In this document: piece by piece, positions 22,590 through 35,357 of the stretch
Numbering within the stretch: the stretch's first letter is position 1
How the letters are laid out: every line of letters starts with the position of its first letter
NCBI GenBank assembly: GCA_043228905.1
Contig: JBHGNT010000017.1
Span: 18,414,001 to 18,478,000 of the forward strand
Length of the DNA: 64,000 bases
Direction of reading: 5' to 3'
From: Azolla caroliniana
Lineage: Eukaryota; Plantae; Polypodiophyta
Program-made: the position numbers and the translations under genes
Notes under the pieces: model-generated
The model's database searches: none
Told to the model about the DNA's origin: nothing
Seen by the model: only the letters and a program-made list of their open reading frames with translations

Positions 22590-24360
22590 CATTCCTTCTT
22601 CTTAACTAGTAGAACTGGCGCACCCCAAGGTGATTTACTATACCTAATGTGGCCCATACTCAATTATTCCTTAAGTTGTTTAGCGATCTCATCCTCTTCT
22701 AATCGATTGAGTCGGTAAGGTGCAATGCTCATAGGAGCAACACCAGGAATGAGTTCAATTTGATGGTCCACATTACTTTTTGGTGGTAAAGTAAGTGGCA
22801 ATTCGTTAGTAAACACATCTTGAAAATCGTCTAAAATAGAGTCGAGTAATCGTTGTTCATAATGTGGTAATTGTGTGGCGTCAATATTAAAATAATAAAA
22901 TTGAAGCGCAGGATCAATTACACACGAATAAATTAATGAACTTGAATACTCACTTAAAGATTTAGAAGACACAAGTGAACGAGAAGGAAGTTTGGAACAT
23001 TGAATAAAATGTTTACCATTATTAAGTTCAAATGTGATTTGAGTGATTAACCCAATCAATGGACAAAGAAGGGTATCCTAAAATGACATCTGTGGATTGT
23101 AGTTTCATAACATGAAAGTCAAGCTTCTCTAAATAGGTATCTATTTGAATTGGCAGTTGACAAACAATGCCACTGATGTATTGAACACTTCCATTTGCCA
23201 TGTAAACTTGATAGATATGATCACTTGCGTTTATGTGGAGTTCCATTTGCTGCACAAAGTGATCATTAAGAAAATTGTGAGAACTACCGGAATCAAACAA
23301 GAAATGTGCTTGTGTTCCATTGATATACCCGACTGCTCGGAGTAAATCATTAGGTCCAAGTAAATGTGAAGGAAAAGTGCATTCACATGAACTTAAGTGG
23401 TTGGTATGAACTTTAACAACATCAAAAGACTCACTTGTGTGACTCGTAGATTTGTCTTGAGGAGGGGTGTTCATTGACTTCCTCTCAAGACGACGACAGG
23501 TATCCTTTGTGTGGCCCCATTTCTTGCAATATGCACAGAAGAGGTTAGGTTTCTTGGAGTCGTGGTCAAGAGTGTCATTGGATTGCTTACGTTTCCCAAT
23601 GAACATGACATTCGGAGTTTTGGCGAACTCGGGTTTATTGTGGTCTTTCTCGGAAGTCCTATGGTACCAGAGTACAATGTTGATGGCTTCCTCAAAAGTT
23701 GTGGGGTCCTTGTCATGGACAATCCAATCATAATCCCCATTAGGAATACCATTCAAGAAGCAAGCAACAAACCATTTCTCACCCGTAAGTCCCGATTTTT
23801 GGATCTGGGTCCAAGCATGATGCACATAATCCTCGAGAGAGGTAAATGGCTTGCTCAACAACGTGAACAAGTGTTGCGCTTGTTCAGTTTGAGAAGGTGG
23901 TTGCAAAAACTATTTCTTAAAAACATCCACGAAAAACTTCCCAAGTTGTGGGTAAGTTCTTTGCGATTCTTAGGCCGCGCCACCAAGCAGCAACTCGGCC
24001 ACCTAACTCACGACCGATGTAACCAATTTTTATAGCATCGGGCTTGGGGTGGAGCTCAAAGTGAGACTCCCAACGACCAAGCCAAGTGCTAATGGCCTCC
24101 TCGGTTCTTTCTTTCTTATCTCCCTTGAATGGCATTACTACGAAAGAAGGTTCACCTTCTTTCTTGGACTCAATAGTCAATTCTTGGAATTTCTTTTCCA
24201 ATGCCATATTGGCCTGCCTCATTTCGGCCAATTGATTCAAGGTAGTAGTGAGCAATTGCTCAATGGTGATCTTAGCTTGTGTGCGAGATGCGGATTGGAG
24301 TTGACAGGTCTCGGTCGGAGAAATTGCTCCAACAACATTCAAAACTTGTTCCATGATGCA
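22590..24360 (-). pseudogene. gag-protease-RT N-terminus, inverted relative to the LTRs
   Basis: Minus-strand CAYCKKWGHTKDTC knuckle, LFDSGSSHNF protease, ...APYRL...SKSPWGAPVLLVKKK; contains frameshifts and stops. Confidence 0.88.
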
Positions 24361-25360
24361 CGTTGTGGGTATGCAATATAAATAAGGAGGTTCAGAAAAT
24401 ACACAAGCAAAATGAATGCTTGAAATTTTGATTGTAAGAACTTTACCAAGAAAGCATCTCACGTCTTTACCCCTCTAGACATATGAGATGTGATTCAAGA
24501 TCCGATAACTATGGTAACACTATGGTGTTTCAAAAACCATGGGGGAAACATAGTTAAGATGTCTTTCTCAGATCTCTATCTTGAATAATCATGGCGGCTC
24601 CCCGAGGCTCAACCATGGTTCTACCATCAACGTAGTTTCCTAGTTAGCCTTATATTAGAATGCCAACCCAACATGTATTGATATGGTTGAGAAAGTGTAT
24701 TACGTGAAAAAACAAGTGCACTCGCAAGTAATATTCTAATCTTGCGAGTAACAAGCAAATGTTATGACAAAAACGATAAAATAAGGCACTACCCATAAGA
24801 ATCAAGCAGTGACGAAAACAAGGGCCAAAAAAACCCATGTGTTACATACTAAAAAAAAATTGTCACAAATAAATGGATGGTGCAAGGTATGCACATATAC
24901 ATCCCAATATGGTGGTTGTAATTTGCACAATTGTGACATAAGCCACAAATTGATACAAGTGGCGGTGGTGTTGTGTACAAAGATGTAGAACTCAAATTTA
25001 TGAGTAAAACATCAATAGGGGAACTCATGTGGTTTTACTCGAGTTCTAAGGCTCGATAATATGAGTTAAACCTAGATGAGTCGTTGGAAAAAATCGTTCA
25101 AAAAACGGCATGATGCCCACTCAATATTAAAAAATAGTCTACATGAATCATTACACCATTAAACGTACGTAAATAGTGTAGATGAACTTAAAATAAGGGC
25201 AAGAAAGAGAGTTAATTGTGGGTGGGTAAATGACAATTACTAGAAAATCATACAAAATTTAAACGAAAATTTGTGTAACTAGAAAGAAGATGGTAGAAAG
25301 AAGAAAGAAAAGAAAAGAAAACGTAATACCACTTCCATATGACCAAGAAGAAAGCATCCG

Positions 25361-27803
25361 TTTGAATAAAATGACAATTAAAAATGCATATCCGTTACCT
25401 TGTGCTAATGATTTGATTGATTGTTTGCATGGGGCCCGATATTTTACGAAAATTGACTTACGGAGAGGTTATCATCAGATTCGCATTGTCGAGGATGATA
25501 TTCCTAAAACCGCTTTTTGTACGCGCTATGGCCATTATGAATTTTTAGTTATGCCTTTCGAGTTGACTAATGCTCCAACCACATTCCAACAAGCGATGAA
25601 TGACGTTTTCCGAGATCAACTCGGTGATTTTGTTGTCATCTTCTTGGATGATATTTTGATATATAGCCGTACCTTGCAAGATCATGTTCAACATGTTCAA
25701 TTTGTTTTGCAAAAGTTGCGTGACAAATCTTTCTATGCAAAATATTCAAAATGTGATTTTTTCCAAAAATCTATTGTGTACCTAGGTCATTTAATTACGG
25801 AAAATGGTGTTGAAATTGAACCTTCTTGTATTGAAAAGGTTAAACTTTGGCCCATTCCTCGTAATATTCGTGAGCTATGATCATTCTTAGGGTTTGTTGG
25901 ATTTTTACGAAAATCAATTCGTAACTATTCCAAATTGACTACGCCATTAACTGACCTTTTAAAAGGTCATCCACATAAGTCTGTCAAACCAATTGCATGG
26001 AATGAACAACTTGACAAATCATTTGAGACACTCAAAGAGCATGTGTCAGGCTCCCACTCTTCTATTACCGGACCCTTCTAAGCCTTTCTCAATCGAAACC
26101 GATGCTACTGATTATGCTATTGGTGCCGTTTGTTATCAAGGCGGTCACCCTATTGCTTTTGAAAGTAAGAAGCTTGATGCTGCTCAATCTCGGTATTCGG
26201 TTCAAGATAAAAAGTTGTTTGCGGTAATACATGCACTTAAAACATGGAGGCGTTATCTTTATGGAAATAAATTTGTGGTTACAATAGACCATCATCATTG
26301 AAGTATTTTTGTGACTAGTCAGATCTTGTTGGTCGTAAAGGACGTTGGGCTAACCTTATGCAAGATTTTGATTTTTCCGTACGATATCGCAAGGGTTCTA
26401 TGAACATTGTTCCGGATGCTCTTAGTCGCATTAAAGAAGTTAACATGCTTAGCTTCATGGAAATAAAATCTGATCTTTTAGATCACCTTCGAGGGAAATA
26501 CCTTGATGACAGGTATTTTTCAAAATACTGGACGAAAGCCGAATTTGGTTTAGATGCCGATACTAGCACCCTACCCTCGAAGGCGACCTTTCACATTACA
26601 AACGGTTTTCTCTACCATAGTGAAAAGGTCTGTGTTCCAGATTTACCAAACGTAAAATAGAAAATTCTTCATGAATGTCACGATGCACCATCTCCTGGTC
26701 ATCTTGGAATACAACGCACACTCGTTCTCATCTCGAGTATTTTTTTCTGGCCTAAGATGCGCTCTGACGTGCATAAATTCATAACTCAATGCTTCCAATG
26801 TCAGATTAATAAGTCGGAACGACTTAAAGCTACTGGTCTTTTACATCCCTTAGATATTCCCTTAGATGGATTTTATTGTTAGTTTACCTCATACACATAG
26901 GGGTCATGATGCCATTTGGGTTGTTGTTGACAAACTAACAAAATTGGCTAGATTTATTCCTACCAAAACCACGGTAACCGCTCAACAATTAGCTTATCAA
27001 TTGGTTGATGAGTTATTTCGTTTTTATGGATTACCGATGGATATTGTTAGTGATCGAGATTCCAAGTTTACTAGTGACTTTTGGACTCAAGTCTTTAAGA
27101 AACTAGAAACTACGTTGAACATGAGTTCTGTAGATCATCCTCAGTCTGATGGACAAACTTAACGAGTTAATCAAATTATTGAGGACATGCTTCGAGCTTA
27201 TGTAGCAAAAACCCCTTCTAAGTGGGACCAATACCTTCCTATCTTAGAATTTGCCTATAATAGCTCTAAACATACATCCACTGGATATAGTCCTTTTATG
27301 TTGATGTATGGTTTTCAACCACGTGCCCTAGTTGATATAGTCCTCGTGCATTTACTATTGGTCAAAAAGTTTTTTGCGTGTCCCTACTAACTTTGTGTCA
27401 TTGTCTACGGGTAAGTGCACTAAGTTAACCCCACGATATTGTGGCCCATTTGAAATCCTTAAGCGGGTTGGGTCATTTACTTATCACCTTGCCTTACCCC
27501 GTAACGTTGGTATTCATCCTATTTTTAATGTTAGTCGTCTAAAACCATTTTTAGGCTCTGGTGATAACACCATCCCAATCCAAGATCTTGTAACATTAGA
27601 GGATTTTTCTTACAAACCTCATGTTCCTGAACGAATTCTTGATTCTCGTACTAAACGTTTACGTTCTAAAGAGATTCGGCTATTCAAGATCAAATGGATG
27701 GATAAACCTATTGATGATGCCACATGGGAACGCGAGTATACTCTTAAGGCACAATTTCCTCACTTTATATTGCAAGAGTGCAATCTTTTGAAGTTGGGGA
27801 GTA
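25361..27803 (+). pseudogene. RT-RNase H-integrase-chromodomain remnant
   Basis: KIDLRRGYHQIR, FLDDILIYS, ETDATD, MDFIVSLP, HPQSDGQT, PERILDSR...IKW...ATWE; multiple stops and frameshifts. Confidence 0.92.
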
Positions 27804-28392
27804 TGTTATGTACACATAACATTGGTGAGTGTAGGTCACCAATATTTACATTAGTGAAGGGTACGTTCACTAATGTTAAAAAGGGGACTAATGATTGGAT
27901 AGAAGGAATGATAGGTGCATGCACTATCATGATTTGGACAACCAATGAGTGGGGAGCCTTTTAGAAAGGCACATCTATTCAAGAGGCCTAGGAAAAGGTA
28001 TAAATATGAGGCTTAGCTACCCTCATAATGACATTACGTCGGAAGGCTGTTGTCTTAGACACCGGTGGTGCGGGCTAGGCTTTCGCCTCGACGGCCTCGA
28101 CGACCATGTTTATCTCTTCCAAGGTATTAGTCATCCTAATATCCGGCGGTATGGGATGTCGGTGGTAGGTTGGCTATGTCTAGATCATAGCTCGAGGGTG
28201 GTCGGGTGGAACGGGTTCTTCTATCCATTCTATTTTCCTTCTTTTACTTTAGTTTGGTCTATTGATTAGTAATAGACTCTTAACACGAACTCAAGAAGAT
28301 CTCAATAGGGAGAAGAGCATCCTTTAGAACATGACTTGATCTTTGAAAAGACTTATGTGTGGAAGCTTGAAGATCTAACTGACTTCACCAGA

Positions 28393-30810
28393 TGTTAACA
28401 GAAAATATACACAGGCTTAATGGAAGCTTCAAAACATACAGAGAGTACATGAGAGAGATAGAGAGAGCAGAACATCATAAACTCAATTTCAAAATATCAC
28501 TCTATACATACAATGTGTTCAGAGAACACTTTTATACAAGTCCTTAAAAGGATTGACAGAAGTACTGACATGGACTTCAATGCTCATACAAGCGACTGAC
28601 ACTAACTGCAAGAAATGTGCCTATTTACTAGGCTAGGACCGTAGCCCTCTAACCGTGTCATGGTGTGGCGTGTTCAGTGTGAGAAAGAGTGATGTTCCAC
28701 ACACATCTCATAAAGTCATGTGTAAATGAAAAATAATAATAATAGATAATTTATAGTAGGCTAGTGGTTAGGCCTAATAAGTATATATAGAGAGGTGTAG
28801 AGTTCAAGTCCCTCTTCTTTGGTGCAAACCAAGGAGTACTTTGTTCCCCTTCCTTTTTAGTTAAAAGCAAATAAAAAAAGCATGTAATGTTAATATAGGT
28901 GCCTCTGTCCTCTATAAGAGGGGAGGAATAGGGCTTATTATGGGGTTGCCCATTTTGTCTTCTAGGGGTGTACCCTAAGGTTTCATCTTCTCCTCTTCTT
29001 CTTGGGTTAGGGTTTGGTAGCCTCCCTTTCTCCTTATCCCTTTTTCCTTCGTCTTTTCCTTCTACGGTTAGGGTTTGAGGGCCTCTTCTTTCTTCTTTTC
29101 TTCTTTTCTCCTCAACATACTAGAGGAGTTAGGATTTTAGGGTTTGAGAGTTTCGTGTTTATTATACTTCTTAATCGAGATATTTTAGGGCTTGGATTCC
29201 TTATACATCAACTTCTTCGGCATCTCGGTGGTAGTCAACTCGGTGGCCCGTTGCGGAAGGGAGGTTGTAATGGCACGAGGGCTACTCCGAATCGAGGCAA
29301 CATAGCCATCGGAAGTAGTCAAGCTCAGAGCCCACTAGACTTGCCTTCGCTAGATTATTTTAGCCTTTGATTATTTTATAACCGATTATTGTAAAAACTA
29401 CCAAAATTGTGGTGTCAAGCTTAGCAATTCTAAAGAAAACAAAAACCCGTTTTGATTCATAGCCATTTTTTTTATTAATCATGAAATGGATTCTATGTAA
29501 AAAATAACCCACCGAAATTGTGGTATTAAATCTAACTTGTGTATAAATTGCCCATGTCTTTGTCTTGATCTCCCACTTCCTCACTACTTTTGTCTCCCCG
29601 GTCCAAGGTCCCGTTCGAACAACACACGCATGCGAAACTTTGTGACAACGGCATACCAGTTACAATATGATCCGACTCTTAGATTAAGCTCTTGGTTCCG
29701 GATACCGATCTGGACATCGATCCGGTTGTCTGTTCTGGACTCCAATCTAGCTCCGGCTTATTCAACCGATCCGGATCTGGTTGAGCTTGTTCGCTCAACA
29801 CTCCCCCTCAACCTCAACTTGAGGTCAGATCATGGTGTCAATGTCTGCCGGTCCTTTTCTCTAGCTTCTCCTAGCGTCTTCCCGCCTTGCTTGCACTCCT
29901 CGACCCGTCAGGTCCTAATTTCCACGAGCCATCCGGTTCCACGCACCTCGAGCTTCTTCATCGGCTTGTCTGCTCAAAAGGCCCATCTTTGCTCCTTTGC
30001 TGCTTTGACTTTGGTGCTTCTCGACCCATCGGTTCCTCCGTGTCGGTGTCGTTTTCTGCTGCCTTCTAGTCCGTTTGGCCATCTATTGATCTGGCTCCTC
30101 CGAATCAAACACCTCTCTGAATCGGGTGCCTCCGATTCATTCCAGCTCTTGTCAGAATTGACTGTCTCCAATTCGTCCTCAATCTTTAGGCCTTTCACAA
30201 CATTGGTCTATGTCTGAGTCTTGGCCTTCTTCTTCTGGTTGGCTATGTCCTTCTTGACTCTGCCGCCGTCGCCACTTGTTCCGACTTGTTCGGATGTACC
30301 AACTTCTTCAGTCGACTCAGCTCCCTTTTTCTTCTTGTCTCCCCCTGTCTCCCTGGTTTCCGTTCTGGTTCTCCCCCTCAAGTGCGGCATGTCGAGATGT
30401 TGTAAGCCAAACATCTCTGAAAAATGCTACAACTTGTATGTTCCAAGTTCCTTGGTGAAGATGTCGGCAACCTACCGATCCGTCCAAACATACCGAACTT
30501 TGAATTCACCACTGAGGACTCGCTCGTGCACAAAGTGATAATGCACTTCTATGTGCTTCGTCAAGCATGGAACACAATATTTTTGGTGAGCTGCATGGTG
30601 CTCATGTTGTCGCAGTAGATTGGGATCGCAGTCGGTACTTTGATCCGGAGGTCTTGCAACAGTCGTCGAACCTAGATGGCTTCATAGGTGGCAACGGTAG
30701 TGCCTCGATACTCAGCCTCAGTGCTCAATAGGGCCACTGTTCTTTGCTTCTTGATGCTCCACGCAACAACCGCACAACCAAGAGAGAACATAAATACGGA
30801 TGTTGGTCAA
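28393..30810 (-). mobile_element. Copia 3' remnant (RNase H end, charged extension, PPT, 3' LTR 28393-29800 interrupted by a solo LTR)
   Basis: Minus-strand RNase H end (HIEVHYHFV...DIFTK-like), PPT at 29801-29811, and LTR similar to that of the 51189-56936 Copia. Confidence 0.8.
28656..29647 (+). mobile_element. Solo LTR of the 4-bp-TSD family
   Basis: TGTCATGGTGTGGCG...TTGTGACA; both ends resemble 39615-40278. Flanks ACCG/ACGG. Confidence 0.7.
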
Positions 30811-30813
30811 TGA

Positions 30814-32800
30814 TCCAGAACAATGTTCTATACCTCTGGAACGGACACGTACATGCGTGCGATACACGAGGCCCCTCAAGGTACACACCGGATGAGGCGG
30901 CATGAAGAGGATAATGGAGGAAGTCCCAGCTCAAAACGCCAAGGCCATTCACTACTCGGCGTCGACAGGCATCCGCGTAGATAGAGAAGAGCGACCGCAT
31001 GCATCAGAAAGCTCATAGCATCCTCGTATGATATCGGATTTGAGAGCACAAACAGGTAAATCAAAACTCACGAAGTAGCCTATGATATGATATCATAAAA
31101 TCTAAAATTTGAAATTCAGGGCCAAAGACATGAAAGAAAAAGTAAAGTTGTGCCAGAAATACAGAAGAGACAGACAAGAGCGACCGCATGCATCAGAAAG
31201 CTTAGAGCGTCCTCGTATGATATCGGATTTCAGAGTTCAAATAGGTGAATCAAAGCTTAGAATGTATCGTATGAAATGATATCATTAAATCTAAAATTTG
31301 AAATTCAGGGCGAGAGAAATGCATCAAAAAGGTCATAGTGTCCTCGTAGGATATAATATTTCAGAGTTCAAATAGGTGAATCAAAGCTAACGAAGTAACC
31401 TATGATGTGATATCACAAAATCTAAATTTTGAAATTTAGGGCGAGATACATGAACGAAAAAGTAAAGTTTTGTCACAAATAAAGTTGAGACAGACAAGAG
31501 CGAGTGCATGCATTAGAAAGCTCATGATGTCTTCATATGATATCGGATTTTATAGTTCAAATAGGTGAATCAAGCTTAACGAAGTAGGCTATACCATGAT
31601 ATCAAAAAATCTAAAATTTGAAAATTCAGGGCGACAGACATCAAAGGAAAAGTAACATTGTGTCACAAATAAAGCAAAGACAGACAAGAGCGACCGCATG
31701 CATTAGAAATCTCATAACATCCTCGTATGATATCGGATTTCCGAGTTCAAATAGGTGAATCAAAGGTCACGAAGTACGCTATGATATGATATCATAAAAT
31801 CTAAATTCTAAAATTCAGAGTGAGAGACATGAAAGAAAAAGTAAAGTTGTGTCACAAATAAAGCAGAGATAGACAAGAGCGACAACATGCATCAAAAAGC
31901 TCATAGCGTCTTTGTATTATATCCGATTTCAGAGTTCAAATAAGAGAATCAAAGCTAACGAAGTAGCCTATGATATGATATCATAAAATCTAAATTTTGA
32001 AATTTAGGGTGAGAGACATGAATGAAAAAGTAAAATTTTGTCACAAATAAAATAGAGACAGAGGAGAGCGACCACATGCATCAAAAAACTCATGGCATCC
32101 TCGTATGATATCAGAATTCAGAGTTCAAATAGGTGAATCAAAGCTCAAAAAGTATCGTATGATATGTGGTGCGATGCCATCAGCCACATTCGAAGAGAGT
32201 GCGCTAATTTTGCTGAAGCACTCCAGAACAATGTTGTGTACCTCTAGAGCAGACATGTACATGCGTGCGATACGCGAGACCCCTCAAGGTACACACTGGA
32301 CGAGGTGGCATGAAGAGGATAATGGAGGAAGTCGCGGCTCGGAACGCCAAGGCCATTCACTACTCGGCGTCGACAGGCATCCGCGTAGATAGAGAAGAGC
32401 GACCGCATGCATCAGAAAGCTCATAGCATCTTCGTATGATATCAGAATTCAGGATAATAAAGCAGGGACAGAGAAGAGCGACTGCATGCATAAGAAAGCT
32501 CATAGCATCCTCGTATGATATCAAAATTCAGAGTTCAAATAGGTGAATCAAAGCTCACAAAGTAGCCTATGATATGTGGTGCGATGCCGTCAGCCACATC
32601 CTAATAGAGTGCACTAATTCCGCTGAAGCACTCTAGAACAATGTTATGTACCTATGGAATGGACGTGTACATGCATGCGATACGTGAGGCCCCTCAATGT
32701 AAACACCGGACGAGGTGACATAAAGAGGATAATGGAGGAAGTCGCGGCCCGGAACGCCGAGGCCAATCACTACTCGGCATCGACAGGGATCCACGTAGGT
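30814..32800. repeat. Tandem array of ~189-bp monomers interleaved with three copies of a second GC-richer unit
   Basis: GAGCGACCGCATGCATC motif at 30989, 31178, 31498, 31688, 31877, 32066, 32397 and ~32476. Second unit at about 30814, 32222 and 32632. Confidence 0.92.
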
Positions 32801-32913
32801 GGAGAGAAGGGTGCCGCATCTAGAAGCAATATCGGATTTTGGCCGCTAGTATTGGAAGGCTTCTTAGGGGTGAGGCTACGGAAGGAAGAGACAGACCGCA
32901 CCGAGAAGGGGAT

Positions 32914-33404
32914 CTAACAATCGGCAACGGTTCAGTTCGGTTTGGTTCGGTTTGAGAGGGTCCAAACCGAACCGTTTATTTTTATTTAAACTTGAACTAA
33001 ACTGCAAAACCGTTAAACCAAACCGTTAAACCATTAAACCGTAAAAACTGTAGTTTCGTGGTTCGGTTTCGGTTTTCAACATAAGTAAAATTTGTAAATT
33101 TTATAAAGTTTATAATATTTCATTATTTAGAATTTTTAGAATTTTTAAGATGTTCTTAAAATGTGAGGATAAGGTGTAAAAATGAAAAGATTGTTTAAAA
33201 ACAATTTTTTAAATTTTTTTTAAAAATAATTTAACAAATAAAAATAAAATCCATTAAACCGTTTAAACCGCGGTTTTTGATTGTTGAAACCAAACCGAAC
33301 CTTTTAAAAAACCTAAACCTAAACCGAACCGTTAAGTTGTTAAGCTGTTCAACCGCGATTTCGCGGTTCGGTTTGGTTCAAACTGAACTGTTGTCGATTG
33401 TTAG
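32914..33404. mobile_element. MITE-like non-autonomous DNA element (hAT-type subterminal AAACCG/CGGTT repeats)
   Basis: 24-bp terminal inverted repeat CTAACAATCG(G/A)CAAC(G/A)GTTCAGTT, AT-rich core, many GGTTC/AACCG motifs. No clean TSD. Confidence 0.8.
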
Positions 33405-33409
33405 GCGAA

Positions 33410-34600
33410 TCCAAGAGTGCACCGGATGGAATGATCCGGTAGAATCTTCAATATGGTTGTTTAATTCTAGTTTGTTTAAACCTAGATTGATTGTTTGTAT
33501 GTCCAGGTGGTGCAGAAAATTAGTGAGAACCCAAGGCCTCTGGTTATTGATCTAGAATTTTCTGGGTAATTTCTAGGCTTATATTCCGTTCTTTGATTTT
33601 GATAGGGTTGTTTGCAACAGTATGCTATGATTGCTAATGTGTGTTGGGTTTGTTCGGGTTGGTGTGCCTTTTTCATTGCCTCTTCTTGTCTTATATAATT
33701 TATGAGGTCAATAAGAGTTGTGTTTGTGTTGAAATTTTGGGTGGTCATGAAAGTGCTCCATTATGGTGGCAATGCACCTAATAGGAGAAGTCTTTGAAAC
33801 TTTGATTCTATTTCAACTCCCAACGTAAGACAAACATCTAGTTTGTGTTTCCGTGAGTTTATAAATGCACACATATCCTCTTCTTCATGCATCTTTAAAA
33901 TTACTAATGAGTTTAAAGTCATGACCTAATTTTCGTCTATAGTTGGTTCGAATTCGTTCTTCAAGTCGATCCACATGGTGTTTGCAGTGCAACAATTTTT
34001 TATCGCATTAGCTTGCTGGTCCTCCAGATTCGACATAATTTCTAGTTTTGCGGCTAGATCTTTTTCTTCCCATGCAGGCTAATTCAGGTCTAACGTTGTG
34101 GGTTGTGTCTCTCTGCCCTCAACAATTGCCCATAATTTCAGTTGTTTGAATATGAGAGTCATTTTGCTACTCCAGACTCTGTAGTTGGTGCTATCCAATC
34201 TGCTAATTGTTGTTTTTCTATACAAGAAAGTTTGGGATGATGAAGGAGTTGCATGAGCCATGGTTGAATAAAAGAAATTCAGAACCGGGGGTGTACAAGT
34301 TTTTGAAACAGGTAAGAATTCTGGCCTATTGAGTGATTTGTTGATTCTGTTTGCTATTTTTCTATAAGGTCTTTGAAGAGGGTGAGAATTCTAGCCTATT
34401 TGAGTGATTTGTTGATTATGTTCTCTGTTTCTCTATAATAGGATATGGAACCTTGCTCTGATACCATGTAGAAAAACAGAGACAGGGAAATAGAGAGAAA
34501 GATGAATTCTGTTTAGAAATTTCTTGTTGCTCTTCTCTCCTCAATTAGAGAGAGGCGTGTATTGTTTTCTTATAGAATACATAATGTCTATTCATGCGAC
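33410..34600 (-). mobile_element. Copia 5' remnant (gag fragment, Met-i PBS, 5' LTR from 34467, apparently resuming at 59357-~59407)
   Basis: TGGTATCAGAG on the minus strand at 34456-34466; gag N-terminus RLDSTNYRVWSSKM...LWAIVEG. Confidence 0.8.
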
Positions 34601-34621
34601 TGTCATAGACAAAATACCACA

Positions 34622-34692
34622 TGGAATGGTGGGGGTTGAACCCGTGATTTTCTAGTTTTATTGGGAAACCTTGCAAGTTAAACTACATCCAT
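34622..34692 (-). ncRNA. tRNA-like cassette (Pol III A/B boxes) in the 5' LTR
   Basis: Minus strand GGATGTAGTTTAACTTG...CACGGGTTCAACCCCCACC, a decayed copy of 58890-58960. Confidence 0.5.
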
Positions 34693-34933
34693 CAATGGAT
34701 TATCGCATTGTATAAGATTCAACTTATTTCATTATAGATTGATCACAAGAACTTTCAAGAACCTTCTAGAGAATGCATCTTCATGCGCTCTCTAGAAGTT
34801 TCCATGCACTCTCTAGAAGTCTTCTAGCTTTCATGCATACCTCCACATTCTTGTATAAAGACTGGGGTGCCCCTTGATTACAATCAAGGTGAATAATGTT
34901 AGGAAACAGGTCCCTCCGGATGGGAAGTGAGAT

Positions 34934-35200
34934 GTACCCGGCATCGGAAGACCCGGTGAGAATTGGATGAGTAGTACCCGGCAACGGAAGACCCGGTGAG
35001 AACCGGATGAGCAGTACCCGGCAAGAGCCGGATGGTGAAGACCCGGTGAGAACCGAATGAAGAGTACCCGGCCGTGGAAGACCCGGTGAGAACCGTTTGA
35101 AGGAGTACCCGGCTACGGAAGACCCGGTGAGAACCGGATGAGGAGTACCCGGCAAGAGCCGGATGGTGAAGGCCCGGTGAGAAGTGCTCACCGGATGAAG
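34934..35200. repeat. ~39-bp GC-rich tandem repeat in the U3 of the solo LTR
   Basis: GTACCCGGC..GGAAGACCCGGTGAGAACCGGATGA repeated about 6 times. Confidence 0.9.
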
Positions 35201-35357
35201 GGACATATTTGTAAATATGTTTCTGAGAGTCCATCGGGGCTATATTTGTAAATAGTCGAAAAATCATATTAGTATAAATATGACTTAGGGCAAACAGAGA
35301 AAGATGATAGTTGTTGTCATTCTTGTTGGCGCAAGATTAGAGCGCGCAACTGTGTAC

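Larger units (their letters stand above)
22177..28285 (+). mobile_element. Decayed chromovirus-type Gypsy element with an internal inversion
   Basis: TSD CGAAC (22172-22176 and 28286-28290). 5' LTR 22177-~22595 is truncated; 3' LTR is 27804-28285, preceded by a PPT. RT-RH-INT-chromodomain remnants are on the + strand. Confidence 0.9.

Noticed and set aside
30989-32600. Regularly spaced repeats as a possible CRISPR array
   Set aside because: Whole 189-bp monomers repeat, with no unique spacers and no cas genes, in a eukaryotic context.
32907-33411. 8-bp TSD for the MITE
   Set aside because: AGGGGATC vs GGCGAATC match only 5/8, and the two flanks come from different elements.
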